DNA from: Alphaproteobacteria bacterium
Lineage (GTDB): Bacteria > Pseudomonadota > Alphaproteobacteria > CALKHQ01
Direction: 5' to 3'
Length of the DNA: 64,000 bases
Assembly (NCBI GenBank): GCA_965227515.1
Contig: CBDDFZ010000001.1
Span: 2,624,001 to 2,688,000 of the forward strand
Of this stretch, positions 31,634 through 41,307 are shown in pieces. The stretch's first letter is position 1. Every line of letters begins with the position of its first letter. Under the pieces are notes generated by a model that did no database searches, was not told the DNA's origin, and saw only the letters and a list, made by a program, of their open reading frames with translations. Made by a program: the position numbers and the translations under genes.

Positions 31634-32395
31634 ATGACATTGCCGAAGACATTCGCGGCGACCCTTGCGGTCGCGTGCGCCCTGTCGGCTGCCCCGGCGG
31701 CGGCCGATCTGGCCGAGCGGCTTGCGAACGCTGACATCGGGTCCGGCGAAGCCTCCGCGCAGATATGCATGGCGTGCCACAGCATGGACGCGGACCGTTC
31801 TGCCCGCATCGGGCCGCCGTTGTTCGGTATCGTCGGCGCGCCGGTCGCTGCCGATCCGGACCACCGCTACTCCGACGCGATGCTGGGGTTCGGTGGTGAG
31901 TGGACCGTGGACCGGCTCGATATCTACCTGCGCAGCCCCATGGATGCGATCCCCGGCAACATGATGGGTTTCCCCGGGATTCCCAACGACCAGGACCGCG
32001 CCAACCTGATCGCCTATCTGGGCACGTTGGCGGACACACCGCTGACGCCCGAAGAGATGGCGGCGATGGCCGACCCGGAAATGTCTTCGGACAGTGACGG
32101 CGAGGCGCCGGAAGACGCGTCGGAGACTGTGGGCGATGCGGGGCCGGATTTCGGCGTGCTGGTCGACGAGCCCGGTGTGGAGGCGACCTTCTACGCCTGC
32201 ACCGCGTGTCATTCGGAGATGATCGTCGCCCAGCAGGGGCTGACCCGCGAGCGCTGGGACAAACTGCTGGATTGGATGGTCGAGGAGCAGGGCATGGTCG
32301 AGTTGGACGCAGACCGGCGCGCCGAGATCCTGGACTATCTCTCGGTCCACTACGGCACCGACCGCCCGAACTTCCCGCGGCCGGGCGATAATTAG
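31634..32395 (+). CDS. Di-haem c-type cytochrome, likely electron acceptor of the sulfite dehydrogenase
   Basis: Signal peptide, CMACH in a c2-like domain (GP.L.G, PG..M.F.G), second CTACH domain (QQGLTRERW...WM...QGM). Confidence 0.85.
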   Translation: MTLPKTFAATLAVACALSAAPAAADLAERLANADIGSGEASAQICMACHSMDADRSARIGPPLFGIVGAPVAADPDHRYSDAMLGFGGEWTVDRLDIYLRSPMDAIPGNMMGFPGIPNDQDRANLIAYLGTLADTPLTPEEMAAMADPEMSSDSDGEAPEDASETVGDAGPDFGVLVDEPGVEATFYACTACHSEMIVAQQGLTRERWDKLLDWMVEEQGMVELDADRRAEILDYLSVHYGTDRPNFPRPGDN

Positions 32396-32424
32396 GTATC
32401 GGTCAGCTGTCGCTGAAGTCTGCG

Positions 32425-32495
32425 CCAGCCCTCTCCCCCACCCGGCCGCCCAACGAAAGTATGCTGCTGGGTGGCCGGGTGGGGGAGAGGGCCGG
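32425..32495. repeat. REP-like palindrome, copy 2
   Basis: Near-identical to 11277-11346; lies between convergent genes. Confidence 0.9.
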
Positions 32496-32513
32496 TGCCG
32501 ACTTGATTGGATA

Positions 32514-33284
32514 TCACGCGCAGGGCACCGCGTTCTCGGTCGCCTCGCGCACGGCCAGCACCGTGTCCGGCCGCGCCTGCATGATCGTCACCTGCTGCAG
32601 ATAGGCGGTGATCGCCTGGAACTTGCCGTGGTCCATGCCGGTGGCCATCAGCGCGAAGGCGTGGTCGTCCACCGTCCAGCTCACGGTCTGGGCGCCGGGC
32701 GACGCCCCCATGTCGATCGGCGGCACCCCGGCGGCAAACGTCAGCCGGCAGCCATTGCGCCCGGCATAGTGCGCCACCCGCAGAGCCTCTGTCTCCGCCG
32801 CCGCGACCAGCGTCAGGTTGGCGGCCCGCAGATCGGGCATGCCGCCGGCCTCGACATTGGCGACGGCGCGCACCGCACCGATGTCGGACGCGGCGAAATC
32901 CTGGGCCAGGAAGTCGGCGTGCACGTCGGCCAGCGTCGCCGGCGACCAGATGCCGGCGAGGTAGATGCCCACCACCAGCAGGACCGAGGCCGCGGCCGCG
33001 GTCGACCATGCGACCACGCTGCGGTGGCGCGGCCTGCGTTCCGTTTGACTCACGGGCGTTTCGCCAACAAGGCCGGGCAAGGCGGGGCGCAGTCCCGCCA
33101 GCGCCCCGGAGGCCGCGTGCAACTCACGCGCTGCCGCCGCGAGGTGCGGTTCCGCGCTCAGCCGTTGCTTGAACGCTGTCGCCTGGTCCGGCGGCAGTTC
33201 GCCATCGTGCCAGGCGTTCAGCAGCTCCCAATCGGCGTCGGCGATCTCCTGATCGTCTTGAATGTCGTCATCGAAGGGCCGCAT
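32514..33284 (-). CDS. Transmembrane anti-sigma factor
   Basis: LNAWHDGEL N-terminal anti-sigma motif, single TM helix, PDL....L periplasmic domain; downstream of the ECF sigma. Confidence 0.8.
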   Translation of the reverse strand: MRPFDDDIQDDQEIADADWELLNAWHDGELPPDQATAFKQRLSAEPHLAAAARELHAASGALAGLRPALPGLVGETPVSQTERRPRHRSVVAWSTAAAASVLLVVGIYLAGIWSPATLADVHADFLAQDFAASDIGAVRAVANVEAGGMPDLRAANLTLVAAAETEALRVAHYAGRNGCRLTFAAGVPPIDMGASPGAQTVSWTVDDHAFALMATGMDHGKFQAITAYLQQVTIMQARPDTVLAVREATENAVPCA

Positions 33285-33289
33285 GGCGT

Positions 33290-33787
33290 TCAGGCTCGCT
33301 TGGACGTGGCGCCGCGATGGCTGCCAACTTCATGGATCAGGGCCTTGCGCGCCCGGCTGATGCGGCTCATCACGGTTCCCACCGGCACGTCCATGACCTC
33401 GGCCGCCGCGGCGTAGGTCAGGCCCATCACATCGATCAGAAACAGGATTTCCCGCTTTTCCGGCGGCAGCTTCTCGAACGCAAGGCGAAACAGGATATCC
33501 CGGGCCGGGCCGTCGGGGTCGGCGGTCCTGCGAGATAGACGGCTGAGGGCGTGCCGGTATTCCCGGCGCACCCGCCGCTTGCGCAGTTCATCGAAATGGA
33601 TGTTGCGGATGACCCGGAACATCCACGGCCTGAGCGCGTCCAGTTCGCCCGGTCGCTCGGCCGCGCGCAGCGCCCGCTCGATGGCGTCGTGCACCAGATC
33701 CTCGGGATCGTCCCCGGCGCCGCAGATCGAACGGGCATAGGCGCGCAGCTCCGGCAGCAGGATCTCGAGCTGGCTGAGCGACGCCAT
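33290..33787 (-). CDS. ECF RNA polymerase sigma factor
   Basis: LRAYARS, EDLVHD, WMFRVIRN, GLTY..AAEVMDVPVGTVMSRISRAR. Confidence 0.92.
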   Translation of the reverse strand: MASLSQLEILLPELRAYARSICGAGDDPEDLVHDAIERALRAAERPGELDALRPWMFRVIRNIHFDELRKRRVRREYRHALSRLSRRTADPDGPARDILFRLAFEKLPPEKREILFLIDVMGLTYAAAAEVMDVPVGTVMSRISRARKALIHEVGSHRGATSKRA

Positions 33788-33805
33788 CGGGATGCGCCTG
33801 ACAGG

Positions 33806-34555
33806 TCAGCCGCGCCCGATATAGGGCATGGTGGTCGCCATGATGGTCATGAACTGGATGTTGGCATCCAGGGGCAGGCTGGCCATGTGGACCACCGCGT
33901 CCGCGACGTGCTGCACGTCCATGCGCGGTTCCGGCTTCATCGTGCCATCAGCCTGGGGCACGCCGTCGACCATGCGCGCGGTCATGTCGGTGGCGGCATT
34001 GCCGATGTCGATCTGGCCGCAGGCGATGTTGAACGGCCGGCCGTCCAGCGAGGTGGTGCGGGTGAGCCCGGTGACCGCGTGCTTGGTGGCGGTGTAGGGG
34101 GCGGAGCCGGGGCGCGGCACGTAGGCCGAGATCGAGCCGTTGTTGATGATGCGGCCGCCCTGTCGGTCCTGCTTGCGCATCAGCCGGAAGGCGGCGGCGG
34201 TGCACAGGAAGACGCCAACCAGGTTGACGTTGACGACCTTGATGAAGTCCTCGGCCGCGATGTCGCCGACCGGAGCCGGAGGCACGTTGCCGCCGGCGTT
34301 GTTGAACACCACGTCCAGCCGCCCGAACCGGTTCTCGATCTCGCCGAACAGCCCCTCGACCGCCGCCGGGTCGGTAACGTCACAGGCGATGGCGTGGCCG
34401 TTGCCGGTGCTGTCGGCGGCCACGGTCTCGTCCAGCGTCGCCTGCCGCCGGCCGGTGGCCACGGTGGTGTATCCTGCCGCCATCAGCGCCAGCGCGCTGG
34501 CCCGCCCGATGCCCGAACCCGCGCCCGTCACCAGCGCGATCTTGCTCCCTGCCAT
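33806..34555 (-). CDS. SDR oxidoreductase
   Basis: [25 protein letters not shown]. Confidence 0.92.
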   Translation of the reverse strand: MAGSKIALVTGAGSGIGRASALALMAAGYTTVATGRRQATLDETVAADSTGNGHAIACDVTDPAAVEGLFGEIENRFGRLDVVFNNAGGNVPPAPVGDIAAEDFIKVVNVNLVGVFLCTAAAFRLMRKQDRQGGRIINNGSISAYVPRPGSAPYTATKHAVTGLTRTTSLDGRPFNIACGQIDIGNAATDMTARMVDGVPQADGTMKPEPRMDVQHVADAVVHMASLPLDANIQFMTIMATTMPYIGRG

Positions 34556-34581
34556 CTCAACTAACCTCCCCGTCCTCATCG

Positions 34582-34643
34582 TTCGGCCCAAATTGTTCGG
34601 GCCAGATCATTCGGCCCAATTCATTCGGCCCAATTCTTTCGGC
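34582..34643. repeat. 14-bp intergenic tandem repeat (~4.5 copies)
   Basis: ttcggcccaaattg / ttcgggccagatca / ttcggcccaattca / ttcggcccaattct / ttcggc. Confidence 0.85.
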
Positions 34644-34650
34644 GGGCAAC

Positions 34651-35106
34651 CTAGTCCGGCGCCATGTCGAAGTGAAGCACATCCTCCCGGATGCCGAGCT
34701 TGGTGTAGAGGGCGATCGCCGGATCGTCGCCATGGTCGGCCTGCACGAAGATCGCATGCGCGCCACAGGCGGCGGCAATCGGCTTCAGGTGCTCGATCAG
34801 GCCGGTGGCGATGCCCCGGCGGCGATGTTCCGCCGCCACGGCCAGGTCGTATATGTAGACCTCGCTGCGCTCTTGCTCGAACTTGACCAACTCATAGGCC
34901 GCCAAGCCGCCAACCACCGTGCCGTCATGCAGCGCCGCGAGCGCGATGAACGTGTCGTCGCTCAGCAGGCGTGTCAGGTACGCGTCGTCGGGCTGGTTGC
35001 CGCTGTAGGTCTCGGCATCGTCGAACGCCGCGCCGAACAGGTCGAGCATGGCGCGGAACAGGGCGGTATCCGGGGCGGCCAGCCGGCGAATGTCGTACGC
35101 CGACAC
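34651..35106 (-). CDS. AAC(3)-I family aminoglycoside 3-N-acetyltransferase homolog
   Basis: LFG.AF.D.ETY...QP...YL..LL...[28 protein letters not shown]...[30 protein letters not shown]. Confidence 0.88.
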   Translation of the reverse strand: MSAYDIRRLAAPDTALFRAMLDLFGAAFDDAETYSGNQPDDAYLTRLLSDDTFIALAALHDGTVVGGLAAYELVKFEQERSEVYIYDLAVAAEHRRRGIATGLIEHLKPIAAACGAHAIFVQADHGDDPAIALYTKLGIREDVLHFDMAPD

Positions 35107-35135
35107 AGCGTCAAGCCGCCCTGGACGTTACCGCG

Positions 35136-35501
35136 CTACCGGGAGCGGCAGAGCGCCACCAGGGTGTTCTCGTAGTCGCCGTCGTCGTAGCTGATGCTGA
35201 GGTTGATCGCGTCGAGCTGGGTGATCACGCCGGGGTACCACACGCCGCCACCCTGCCAGTTGCATTCGACCCGCGAGCCGATGCCCCAGTCGTAGTACCG
35301 GACGTAGGCGGACGGCAGGGTTTCGAAGTCGCCATCGTCGTAATTGATGGAGATCATGTCGCCGGAGACGTTGGAGACGACGCCGGGATAGTAGTAGCCG
35401 GCGCCCTGCCAGTTCCCCAGCACCCAGTCGCCGGGCTGGAAGGCGAGGGCGGGGCTGGCGAAAAACACCAGCAGCGAGAAGGTGGCGAGGAATTTGCGCA
35501 T
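35136..35501 (-). CDS. Secreted protein with two Tudor/Agenet-like repeats
   Basis: Signal peptide (ALA-FQ), two repeats G..V...W.G....YPGV+.......+.YDDGD.E. Confidence 0.7.
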   Translation of the reverse strand: MRKFLATFSLLVFFASPALAFQPGDWVLGNWQGAGYYYPGVVSNVSGDMISINYDDGDFETLPSAYVRYYDWGIGSRVECNWQGGGVWYPGVITQLDAINLSISYDDGDYENTLVALCRSR

Positions 35502-35639
35502 ATCATTCGCTCCGTGCGTGCAAGCCGGCGCGATGCTGAAGCGCCGTCGTGTGAAGGGGCCGCGTTGACGTGCGGCCCAACCACACATTCCTACGTCACA
35601 TGCATCTGCTCGGGCAACGGCCTCGGCCACGGCGCGCGG

Positions 35640-36041
35640 CTACATCAGCGACACGTCCCAGAACACCGCCTCGATCTTGTGGCCGTCCAGGTCGCGCACG
35701 AAGCAGCCATAATATGGCTCGCCATAGTGGGGGCGGGGGCCCGGCTCGCCGTCCGGCGCGGCGCCGGCGTCCAGGGCCGCCTGCCAGAACGCATCGACCA
35801 TCGCCTTGTCGACGGCGGCGAAGCCGATGTGGCTGCCATTGGCGACGTTCGCCGGCGTGCCGTCGGCCGGCGTCTGCACCCAGAACTCCGGCCATTTGCG
35901 GCCATAGGCGATGGCGCCGGGGAACTCCATGATGCGCGTCGCGCCGAGGGTGGCCATGACCTTGTCGTAGAACGCGGCGGCACGATCGAAGTCGTTGGTG
36001 CCGAGCGACAAGTGCGAGGTGATGCTGGGCATTTCGTCCAT
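35640..36041 (-). CDS. VOC/glyoxalase family protein
   Basis: SHLSLG.ND..RA..FYD, NG.HIGF.A, G.PG.RPHY...YY.CFVRDLDGHKIEAV. Confidence 0.9.
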   Translation of the reverse strand: MDEMPSITSHLSLGTNDFDRAAAFYDKVMATLGATRIMEFPGAIAYGRKWPEFWVQTPADGTPANVANGSHIGFAAVDKAMVDAFWQAALDAGAAPDGEPGPRPHYGEPYYGCFVRDLDGHKIEAVFWDVSLM

Positions 36042-36211
36042 TTTTTCGGTCCACCCTTCGGTTCGTTTCAGGCGTTGATTGCCCTACATAAATGCCATCT
36101 CCTGACAGCATTATGTCAGCAGATGGCAGCCCCTTGCGACACGCCGTGGGGCTGGCGCGGACGCGGCAAAGATGCATGATTGCCAGCCCACGATTCGACC
36201 GGAGCGAGTCT

Positions 36212-37171
36212 ATGTCCCTCCTCAAAGCCGATCCGATCTACAAGCCGTTCCACTACCCGTGGGCGTACGACGCTTGGCTGATGCAGCAGCGCATTCACTG
36301 GCTGCCGGAGGAGGTGCCGCTGGCCGACGACGTGAAGGATTGGCACAAGACGCTGACCGATGCCGAGCGCAACCTGCTGACGCAGATCTTCCGGTTCTTC
36401 ACCCAGGCCGATGTCGAGGTGAACAACTGCTACATGAAGCACTATGCGCAGGTGTTCCAGCCGACCGAAATCCAGATGATGCTGGCCGCGTTCTCCAACA
36501 TGGAGACGATCCACATCGCCGCCTACTCGCACCTGCTCGACACCATCGGCATGCCGGAGATCGAGTACCAGGCCTTCCTCCGCTACAAGGAGATGAAGGA
36601 CAAGTACGACTACATGCAGCAGTGGGGCATCGGCACCCCGCGCGACGTCGCCAAGACCCTGGCGGTGTTCGGCGCCTTTACCGAGGGGCTGCAGCTTTTC
36701 GCCAGCTTCGCGATCCTGATGAACTTCCCGCGCATCAACAAGATGAAGGGGATGGGCCAGATCGTCACCTGGTCGGCGCGCGACGAGAGCCTGCACACGG
36801 CCTCCATCATCAAGCTGTTCCGCACCTTCGTGAACGAGAACCCGGAAGTCTGGGACGACGAACTGGAACGCGATCTCTACAAGGCGTGCGAGACCATCGT
36901 GACCCACGAGGATGCGTTCATCGACCTGGCGTTCGAGATGGGCGCGGTGCAGGGCCTGTCGGCGGAAGAGGTGAAGGCTTACATCCGCTATATCGCCGAC
37001 CGCCGGCTGGGCCAGCTCGGCCTGCAGCCGATCTACCGCACGTCGTCCAATCCGCTGCCGTGGATGGACGAGATGCTGAACGGCGTAGAGCACACCAACT
37101 TCTTCGAGAACCGCGCCACCGAGTACACCAAGGCCGCGACCCAGGGCACCTGGGACGAAGCGTTCGACTGA
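36212..37171 (+). CDS. nrdB: Class Ia ribonucleotide reductase beta subunit
   Basis: YKPF.YPWA, HWLPEEV, FFTQAD, E.IH..AY, EG.QLF.SF, RDESLH, NFFE.R.TEY. Confidence 0.95.
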   Translation: MSLLKADPIYKPFHYPWAYDAWLMQQRIHWLPEEVPLADDVKDWHKTLTDAERNLLTQIFRFFTQADVEVNNCYMKHYAQVFQPTEIQMMLAAFSNMETIHIAAYSHLLDTIGMPEIEYQAFLRYKEMKDKYDYMQQWGIGTPRDVAKTLAVFGAFTEGLQLFASFAILMNFPRINKMKGMGQIVTWSARDESLHTASIIKLFRTFVNENPEVWDDELERDLYKACETIVTHEDAFIDLAFEMGAVQGLSAEEVKAYIRYIADRRLGQLGLQPIYRTSSNPLPWMDEMLNGVEHTNFFENRATEYTKAATQGTWDEAFD

Positions 37172-37237
37172 GCGGCTGGGGCGGCTAGCTCAACTGGCCG
37201 GCCCAAAATACCGGCGGCAGAATTCATCGAACTTTCC

Positions 37238-37354
37238 CGTCATTGCGAGGAGCGGCGACCATGGTCGCTGCGACGCGGCAATCCAGTGCAACCTAGTTGG
37301 CTACAGAGCTGTCGCCTGGATCGCCACGCCGGCATTCGCCGGCTCGCGATGACG
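37238..37354. repeat. CGTC-type palindromic repeat (CGTCATTGCGAG...CTCGCGATGACG)
   Basis: Terminal inverted repeats with internal GCAATCCA/TGGATCGC hairpins. Confidence 0.8.
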
Positions 37355-37404
37355 CCAAGAAAGGTGGTTAGCCCAACGGTGGCGTCGTTGGAATAACTCA
37401 AACC

Positions 37405-37501
37405 GTCGTCCCGAGGATCCATCCCACCGTGCGCGCGATGCCTGCAACGGATCCTCGGCACCTCGCTCCGTTTGATGAACGAAGCTCGGGCCAAGGATGA
37501 C
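37405..37501. repeat. Second palindromic repeat (GTCGTCC...GGATGAC)
   Basis: Inverted ends and an internal CCGAGGATCC/GGATCCTCGG pair. Confidence 0.6.
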
Positions 37502-37582
37502 AACGAAGAGAATTGGCACCGGCAGCCAATTTGCGCCGTCATTGCGGGCAGCGGCAAGCCCGTGCGCCACCGTTCCCCCGCA

Positions 37583-40500
37583 TTACTGCGTGCGCAGGCG
37601 GGCGAGCAGCGACAGGGTGACCCGGCCGGTAATCGGAATGCCCTGGTCGGCCTGGTAGGCCGAAACGGCGGATACCGTCGACGGACCGACCACGCCATCG
37701 GCGCTGCCGATGTTATAGCCGGCGGCGATCAGCAATTGCTGGATCTCCTGGATCGCGGCCGGGCTGATGGCGCTGCCGGTCGCGGCACCCTGCACCACGC
37801 CGCCGGGCTGGCCGGCCGGTTCCTGTGGCACCAGCGGGGTGGGATCGGCCTGCGCCGGTGCGATCGGCACGACCGTGGGCTCGATCACCGGGGCCGGCGT
37901 TTCCACCACCGGCGGCGCCGAGCGGGTCGGCTCCAACAACGGGATCAAGGCGAGGTCAACGGCAGGCTCGACCTCGGCGGCGTCCATATCGGTTTCGGCG
38001 ACGGCGCCTTCTTCGTCGACCGCGTCGGCCGTATCGTCGGGCAACAGGTCTTCCAGAGCGACCGCCGCATCGTCAGCCGCCGCATCGTCGAGCGGTTGGT
38101 CGTCGGATGTCTCGCCCAGCAATTCATCGGCCAGCGCGTCTGCCTCGGCCGCTGCCGCGGCCACCGCTTCGGCAAGTTCGGCTTCCGCCGCGGCCTCTGC
38201 CTCCGCGAGTGCGGCTGCTTCCGCTTCCGCGGCCGCTGCCGCTTCGGCCTCTGCCTCGGCGAGGGCGGCCGCTTCCGCTTCCGCGGCTGCTGCGGCCTCG
38301 GCCTCCGCTTCGGCGAGGGCGGCTGCTTCCGCTTCCGCGGCCGCGGCGGCTTCGGCTTCTGCCTCTGCGAGGGCGGCTGCTTCCGCTTCGGCGGCTGCAG
38401 CGGCTTCGGCCTCGGCGTCGAGCAGTGCCTGGGCTTCTTCCTCGGTCAGGCGGCTCGGCGCCAGGACAGGCAGGATCGCGATGAACTCGGGGTCCGGAAC
38501 AGTCTCATCGGCAGCATCAGCGTCGGCTGTTGCATCGACATCGGGTGCGTCCCCAACCGGCGCATCGCCATCAACATCGGCGGCCACGACCTCCACGCCG
38601 TCGGCATCCAGGCTCGCGCCATCGTTGGCCGGGGCGTCCTCGGCGGCAATTTCGCCGGCGCCGTCTTCGACCACGTCGGCACTTGCCACGGCATCGCCTT
38701 CCGGCACCTCGTCGGCCACCGGACCGTCCGCTGACGCGATCTCATCCGGTGTATCGTCGGGCGCGACGTCCTCGGGCGCGACGTCGGCGGTGTCCGCCGG
38801 GGCGATGCCCGCGGCGTCGCCGGTCGAGACCGTGTCCAACTCGGGCGGCAGCACGTCGATGCCTGGCGGGTCGACGGAGATGCGCCGCGCCTCCTCCAGC
38901 ATGTCCGGCGTCATCGAGATGGCGACCTCGTCGGCCTTCTCGGCGGCACCGGGGAAGCCGTGATTGGCCGCGCGCGACAGCCAGACATGGGCCAGGGTGG
39001 GGCTCTGCGGCAGCCCAAGCCCGTTGAGGTAGAGCAGGCCGAGTTCGTATTCGGCCGCGGCGAGGTTGTCATCTGCGGCGAGCCTGAACCAGCGCGCCGC
39101 TTCGGTGTCGCTGGCCGGCAAGCCTTCGCCGGCCCGATAGATCTGCCCCAGGGCCAGCCGCGCCTCCGGGTCGCCCCGTTCGGCCGCCGACATGTACCAG
39201 AGTGCGGCGGTGAACGGGTCCGGCTCGGTGCCGATGCCCTGCTGGTAGATCTCGCCCAGCCGGGCCTGCGCCGTGACGTTGTTGCTCGCGGCGGCCTGCT
39301 CCAGCAGGCGGATGCCCTCGGCCGCATCCTCCGCGACGCCGTCGCCCGCCAGATAGCGTTCCGCCAATGCGACTTGCGCATCGGTGTCGCCGCCGGCTGC
39401 CGCCGCCATCTGGGCCTCGACGTCGGCGGGCACGACCACGTCGTCCTGCGGGTCCTGCAACGCATCGGCGGCGCTGGCGCCGTCCTCGGTGAAGATCGCG
39501 TCTGGGATCTCGACCGTCAGGTCGGTCAGGTCGCCGTCGGGCGCGGTACCATCTGGCGCGGTGCCGTCATCGGCGACGCCGGCGTCGTTGTCCCCGGCGG
39601 CATCGGCGATCGCATCCGGGTCGGCCGCGACATCCTCGGCGCCGCCATCGGCGGTTCCAACGTCCTCTGGAGCATCCCCGGAACCGTCGTCGGTCACGTC
39701 CGCCACGCCATCCGACGCGGTGTTCGGATCGGTGATGGTCAGGTCTTCCAGAGACGGCACATTATCGGGCGCATCGGCGACATCCTGCGAGGGGCCGCCA
39801 TCGGCATTGCCGCCAAACGGGTCGCCATCGGCCAGGCTCGGCCCGTCGTCACCGCCGCTGCTGAAGATGGAGGTCACGTCGGCCAGCGCCTCCTCGAACG
39901 AGGCGTCGGGCCTGGTCCACCAGTAGGCCAGCACCGCGACGATGACCAACGCGCCGAGCGCGACAAGCCACGCGTATGGCCGGAAGAACCACGTCGCCCC
40001 GGCGCCGGGCCGGCGGCTGCGGCGCAGGTTGCGTCCGGCCAGTTCGCGGCGCGCTGCGGCGGCGCGCATGGCGCGCTCGACATCGTCACCGCCCTCGCGC
40101 GCGTCCAGGTCGTCGTCGAGCGGCGCGGGGTCCAGCGGCCCCGGAAGCGGCCCCGAACCGGCCGCGGCCCTGGGCACGGCCGACAGCACCGGTTCCTCGC
40201 GGTCGGACGGCAGCATCGCTTCCGGCGATTGCGGCGGTTGGACGGGTGGGGCCTGGATCGGTGTTGGGGGTGCTGCCTGCACTGGCTGAGCGGGCGCCGG
40301 CCGAGGTGCGGCCGGTGCCGGTGGAGTCGGAGTGGGAGGCGTTGGGGCAGGCGGCGTTGGCGCGGCCGCCGCAGGCTTGGCCGGCGTGGCATTCTTGGTC
40401 AGCGCCGCGACCCCGATCTGGCCGGCGTTCTCCGCCAGCTTGCTGCCGGTGGCCTGGCCGCCGACCACTGTCGCCAGCGAGGCGATGGCGGCAAGCAGGC

Positions 40501-41197
40501 TGTCGTCGTCGCTGGGCGGCGGCTTGGCGGTGTCGACGCTGGCACTGGCGGCGGTTGGCGCCGGCTCGGATGGCGCTGGCTCGCTCGGCGCTGGCGTGTC
40601 CTCCGCAGCCGGTGCGTCGAACGGCGTGGTCTCGCGGCGCGGCCCGGAGTCGTCGGGCACGTGCGGTTGCGTCATCGATGCCGGCGCGATGATGGTCGCG
40701 TCGTCATCGTCGTCCATGGCTGCTCCGGCGGGCGGCGCAATCGCCGCGGCGCCGGCCAGGCTGGCGCTGCCGATGTTGAGCACGCGGGTCTCGTCGGACG
40801 GCGGCGGCAAGTCCGCCGGTGGCGGCGTGGGCGAGCGCGCGGCTTTCGCCAACGTGTCGTCGCTCGCGCCTTCCAGGAAGGGATTGTCGCCGTCCAAGTC
40901 AGACGGGGGGACGTCCGGTGCACTTGTATCCGGTGCGCTTGTATCCGATGGCGCGCCGCTGCCCGCCGCGGGTTCCGGCGGGGGCGCGGCCGCAGCCTCG
41001 TCGGCGCCCTCCGGCTTGTCTGCCGTCTCGGCGGAAGATGCGTCGCCGGTTGAGGTGACGGCGGCATTGCTGTCGCCGGTCAGGGTCTTCGCCAACCACT
41101 GCTCCAGCGGCATGTCGGATGCCTCGGCAGCGGCACGCGCCACCCGAAGCGTGTCCTCGTCCAACGAGTCGATATCAATCGGTTTATCTGCCGCCAT
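37583..41197 (-). CDS. PodJ-like polar scaffold: PodJ-type N-terminal motif, disordered region, one TM, Sel1-like repeats, C-terminal peptidoglycan-binding domain
   Basis: N-terminal AR.AA..S.M.LEQWL, TM (WLVALGALVIVAVLAYWW), about four Sel1 repeats (AQ..LG..Y..G.G), C-terminal IQQLL...GY..GSADGVVGP.T..AV..YQ. Confidence 0.75.
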   Translation of the reverse strand: MAADKPIDIDSLDEDTLRVARAAAEASDMPLEQWLAKTLTGDSNAAVTSTGDASSAETADKPEGADEAAAAPPPEPAAGSGAPSDTSAPDTSAPDVPPSDLDGDNPFLEGASDDTLAKAARSPTPPPADLPPPSDETRVLNIGSASLAGAAAIAPPAGAAMDDDDDATIIAPASMTQPHVPDDSGPRRETTPFDAPAAEDTPAPSEPAPSEPAPTAASASVDTAKPPPSDDDSLLAAIASLATVVGGQATGSKLAENAGQIGVAALTKNATPAKPAAAAPTPPAPTPPTPTPPAPAAPRPAPAQPVQAAPPTPIQAPPVQPPQSPEAMLPSDREEPVLSAVPRAAAGSGPLPGPLDPAPLDDDLDAREGGDDVERAMRAAAARRELAGRNLRRSRRPGAGATWFFRPYAWLVALGALVIVAVLAYWWTRPDASFEEALADVTSIFSSGGDDGPSLADGDPFGGNADGGPSQDVADAPDNVPSLEDLTITDPNTASDGVADVTDDGSGDAPEDVGTADGGAEDVAADPDAIADAAGDNDAGVADDGTAPDGTAPDGDLTDLTVEIPDAIFTEDGASAADALQDPQDDVVVPADVEAQMAAAAGGDTDAQVALAERYLAGDGVAEDAAEGIRLLEQAAASNNVTAQARLGEIYQQGIGTEPDPFTAALWYMSAAERGDPEARLALGQIYRAGEGLPASDTEAARWFRLAADDNLAAAEYELGLLYLNGLGLPQSPTLAHVWLSRAANHGFPGAAEKADEVAISMTPDMLEEARRISVDPPGIDVLPPELDTVSTGDAAGIAPADTADVAPEDVAPDDTPDEIASADGPVADEVPEGDAVASADVVEDGAGEIAAEDAPANDGASLDADGVEVVAADVDGDAPVGDAPDVDATADADAADETVPDPEFIAILPVLAPSRLTEEEAQALLDAEAEAAAAAEAEAAALAEAEAEAAAAAEAEAAALAEAEAEAAAAAEAEAAALAEAEAEAAAAAEAEAAALAEAEAAAEAELAEAVAAAAAEADALADELLGETSDDQPLDDAAADDAAVALEDLLPDDTADAVDEEGAVAETDMDAAEVEPAVDLALIPLLEPTRSAPPVVETPAPVIEPTVVPIAPAQADPTPLVPQEPAGQPGGVVQGAATGSAISPAAIQEIQQLLIAAGYNIGSADGVVGPSTVSAVSAYQADQGIPITGRVTLSLLARLRTQ
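38160..38420 (-). repeat. Low-complexity (AEAEAAAAA/AEAEAAALA)n coding repeat
   Basis: Approximately 20-aa periodic Ala/Glu repeat in the PodJ-like protein. Confidence 0.85.
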
Positions 41198-41307
41198 GGC
41201 TCAGCTCTGGCCCTGCCTGCCCCCAATGTTGCCGGTGCAATGCCGCGGTCCCCGTACCTCTCGAACATAACCGGCGCGTAATGCGCAGCATAACTATCTT
41301 CAGGCTG

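Noticed and set aside
34582-34643. CRISPR array or attC site next to aac(3)-I
   Set aside because: Units are contiguous 14-mers with no spacers and no cas genes; no RYYYAAC...GTTRRRY attC structure or integrase.
36212-37171. nrdB as a phage auxiliary gene
   Set aside because: More than 20 kb from the phage-derived module, with host-like composition and neighbours.
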